Program-made: the position numbers and the translations under genes
Source: Nitrospirota bacterium
Lineage (GTDB): Bacteria; Nitrospirota; UBA9217
DNA length: 64,000 nt
Assembly (NCBI GenBank): GCA_963796285.1
Contig: CAWCKW010000003.1
Span: forward strand, 224,001-288,000
Direction of reading: 5' to 3'
Notes under the pieces: generated by a model
Told to the model about the DNA's origin: nothing
The model's input: the letters and a program-made list of their open reading frames with translations, nothing else
Databases searched by the model: none
Shown here: positions 61,555-64,000 of the stretch, in pieces
Layout of the letters: every line of letters begins with the position of its first letter
Numbering within the stretch: the first letter of the stretch is position 1

Positions 61555-63810
61555 TCACACAAACTTCACTGCCTTCACCGCCTTGAGGCCGGCCGACCCC
61601 CGGGTCATCACGCCGAACGGCTTCAGGTCGATCACCTTTTCCCTGCCCTTGTCGTCGATCACTTTCACCTGCTCGCCTTTTCGCACGGGCCTGAAGAGCG
61701 CGACCTCGCCGTTCTTCACGTTCACCAGCTTCACGCCCTTGCCCGCGCCCGTGAGCACGGGGACTTCTTTGGCCGCGACAACCACGGCCTTGCCTTCCGT
61801 GGTGAGGAACAGGATGTTCGGCAGATCGAGGATCTCCACGCCCTGGATGCTGTCCCCGGGCTTCAAGCCGGCAAATTTCTTTCCCGCCCGCGTGGTGGCG
61901 GAATTGAACTGCCCGAGATCGAAGGCGAAGCCTATGCCCTTGGCCGAGACGGTCAACGCCGTCACCTCTCGGGGGGCCAGGGCAAGTTCCGCCTGCGTCT
62001 CCTTTGATTCGGTCGTCGTGCCCGTAAATACGGTCGTCAGGTTCATCGCACTGATCGGACGTTCACCGTCGCCGAACTTGAACAGATGCTGGACCGGCTC
62101 ACCGAACCCGGAGCCGCTCGGCAGGTCAAAGGCCTTCACGACGTAGACCTTTCCCGCTGATGAGAACACGGCAATGTTGTCCCGGGTGTTCGCGGGCAGC
62201 AGCGAGAGGAGCTCGTCCCCTTCCTTGAACCGCAGGTTTTCGCCCACGGTCTTGACGCGCCTGATCCATCCCATTCTGGTGAGGATCACGGTCACGTCCT
62301 CGTGGACCTGGAAGTCTTCCTGCGAGAATTCCACGTCCTCGGCGGCCTTCATCACGGACTTGCGTTTGTCGCCGTAGTTATTCTTGATCTCGAGAAGCTC
62401 GGTCCGGATCAGTCCCCAGATCTTTTTCTGGCTCGCAAGAATGGCCTCGATATCTTTTTTCAGCTTCGTTTTCTCCTCTTTCTCCTTCATGATGCGTTCG
62501 ATCTCGAGGCCGACCAGCTTGTAGAGCTGCATGTCGAGGATCGCCTTCACCTGCTCGTCATCGAGTTTGAAATGCTTCTTAAGCTTCTCGGCAGCGTCCT
62601 CGCGCGACTTCGCCTTGCGGATGATCTTGATCGCCATGTCGAGGTCGTCGTAGAGCACCTCAAAGGCGTGCAGGATGTGGAGCCGCGCCTTGAGAAGCCG
62701 CAGGTCATGATTCAGCCGCCTGGTGGTGATCTCGTGCCGGAAGTCGAGGAAGTACCGCATGATCGCCTTGAGCGACAACCGCTCGGGCTCCATGTTCGGC
62801 TTGAGCGCCGTGAAGTTGATCGGAAAGGTCGTCTCGAGGTCCGTGTGCTTGAAGAGGTAGGCGGTGACCAGCTCCACGCTCGTTTCCGCCTTGAGCTCGA
62901 GCACGACGCGCACCTCATGGGTGGACTCGTCGCGCACGGCGGAGACCTGCGGCAGTTTCCGCTCCTCCATGAGTCCGATGAGCTTCTCGAGCACCTTCGC
63001 CTTGTTCACCTGGTACGGGATCGTCGTGAAGACGATCGCCTGTCTGCCGCGCGGGAGCTCCTCGACCGTATACTCGCCGCGGATCCTGATGCCGCCGCTC
63101 CCCGCCTCATAGATCTCCCGCAGTTCTTTCTTGGAGTTCAGGATCTGGCCGCTCGTGGGGAAGTCCGGGCCCTTGATATACTTGAGCAGGTCTTTCACTT
63201 CAAGGTTGGAATTATCGATCAAGGCAGCGAGGCCGTCGATCACCTCGCCGATGTTGTGGGGTGGAAAGGAACAGCTCATGCCCACGGCAATCCCCGACGT
63301 GCCGTTCACGAGAAGCTGAGGAAACCGCGCGGGAAGGACCACCGGCTCCTTGAGCGAGTTGTCGTAGTTCGGACGGAAACCCACCGTGTTCTTGTCGATC
63401 TCGACAAGAAGCTCTTCCGCGATCTTCGAAAGCCGCGCTTCGGTATACCGCATGGCCGCAGCCGGGTCCCCGTCAAGGCTGCCGAAATTTCCCGATCCGT
63501 CGACGAGGGGGTAACGGAGAGAGAAGTCCTGGGCCATCCTGACCATGGCATCATAGGCCGCCTGGTCGCCGTGGGGGTGGAACTTTCCGAGCACTTCGCC
63601 GACCACCGCCGCGCTCTTTCTATACCTGGCAGTGGGACCGAGGCCCATTTCCCACATCGCAAAGAGGATCCTGCGGTGCACGGGCTTCAAGCCGTCACGC
63701 ACGTCAGGGAGCGACCGGGACACGATGGTCGAGAGCGCATAGGTGAGGAACCGGTTCTCGACCTCGGAATGCAGCGCCGTGTTCAAAATTGAATCCTCTT
63801 TAATCGGCAT
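61555..63810 (-). CDS. parC: Type IIA topoisomerase A subunit, probably topoisomerase IV (ParC-like)
   Basis: [31 protein letters not shown]; 751 aa with a degenerate pinwheel and no QRRGGKG GyrA box. Confidence 0.75.
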   Translation of the reverse strand: MPIKEDSILNTALHSEVENRFLTYALSTIVSRSLPDVRDGLKPVHRRILFAMWEMGLGPTARYRKSAAVVGEVLGKFHPHGDQAAYDAMVRMAQDFSLRYPLVDGSGNFGSLDGDPAAAMRYTEARLSKIAEELLVEIDKNTVGFRPNYDNSLKEPVVLPARFPQLLVNGTSGIAVGMSCSFPPHNIGEVIDGLAALIDNSNLEVKDLLKYIKGPDFPTSGQILNSKKELREIYEAGSGGIRIRGEYTVEELPRGRQAIVFTTIPYQVNKAKVLEKLIGLMEERKLPQVSAVRDESTHEVRVVLELKAETSVELVTAYLFKHTDLETTFPINFTALKPNMEPERLSLKAIMRYFLDFRHEITTRRLNHDLRLLKARLHILHAFEVLYDDLDMAIKIIRKAKSREDAAEKLKKHFKLDDEQVKAILDMQLYKLVGLEIERIMKEKEEKTKLKKDIEAILASQKKIWGLIRTELLEIKNNYGDKRKSVMKAAEDVEFSQEDFQVHEDVTVILTRMGWIRRVKTVGENLRFKEGDELLSLLPANTRDNIAVFSSAGKVYVVKAFDLPSGSGFGEPVQHLFKFGDGERPISAMNLTTVFTGTTTESKETQAELALAPREVTALTVSAKGIGFAFDLGQFNSATTRAGKKFAGLKPGDSIQGVEILDLPNILFLTTEGKAVVVAAKEVPVLTGAGKGVKLVNVKNGEVALFRPVRKGEQVKVIDDKGREKVIDLKPFGVMTRGSAGLKAVKAVKFV

Positions 63811-64000
63811 GGGAAACCCCCTTCATAGATTTCGGATTGGGGATGCGCTCCAAGTAATTATCTGCATACCACCATCCGCACTTGCAACGCGGCCATCTTA
63901 CCACAAACGAAGTGTATTTTTAAAGAATGATTTTTTTATAAAGTCGTGTATACTAGTGGAATGTTCAACCTGCTGACCATACAGGGCGAGGCGCACACTC

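Noticed and set aside
61555-63810. Calling this gene gyrA
   Set aside because: No GyrA box and a short degenerate C-terminal domain. ParC-like is preferred, though not certain.

Overview
Chromosomal window from an anaerobic, diderm, GC-rich bacterium. The housekeeping flanks look Nitrospirota- or Desulfobacterota-like, which is an inference only. The left flank holds a split ADP-forming acyl-CoA synthetase, a sulfate-exporter-family transporter, an AcsE-like pterin-binding protein and a DUF2156 protein; the right flank holds ettA and a parC-like gene. Between them lies a ~50 kb (about 8-59 kb) extracellular-electron-transfer locus. It carries three OmcS-family hexaheme cytochrome genes and an omcS-companion (osc)-like cluster: NHL and YVTN propellers, a beta-barrel, two lipoproteins, a PPIase chaperone, and 26-heme and 16-heme cytochromes. 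Regulatory parts are a sigma54 two-component system whose kinase has a periplasmic CxxCH, two sigma54 promoters, and a GEMM-I riboswitch of the A20 (cGAMP-type) class directly upstream of the first omcS-like gene. Interleaved on both sides is a large glycosylation toolkit: seven TMTC-like GT-C+TPR genes, two TMTC-tail-only TPR genes, a further GT-C, two GT2 polyprenyl-phosphate sugar synthases and a GtrA flippase. Ser/Thr-rich beta-sandwich repeat surface proteins are also present (FN3/B-repeat lipoprotein; seven Calx-beta-like domains inserted in the OscG-like protein). The most novel-looking signals are a candidate nanowire-associated protein O-glycosylation system and an OmcS paralogue lacking the inter-subunit His16, which could be a filament cap or anchor. 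Many single-base frameshifts, including one in ettA, indicate an error-prone long-read consensus, so split ORFs were joined by eye. No database searches were run; family calls rest on recognised motifs.
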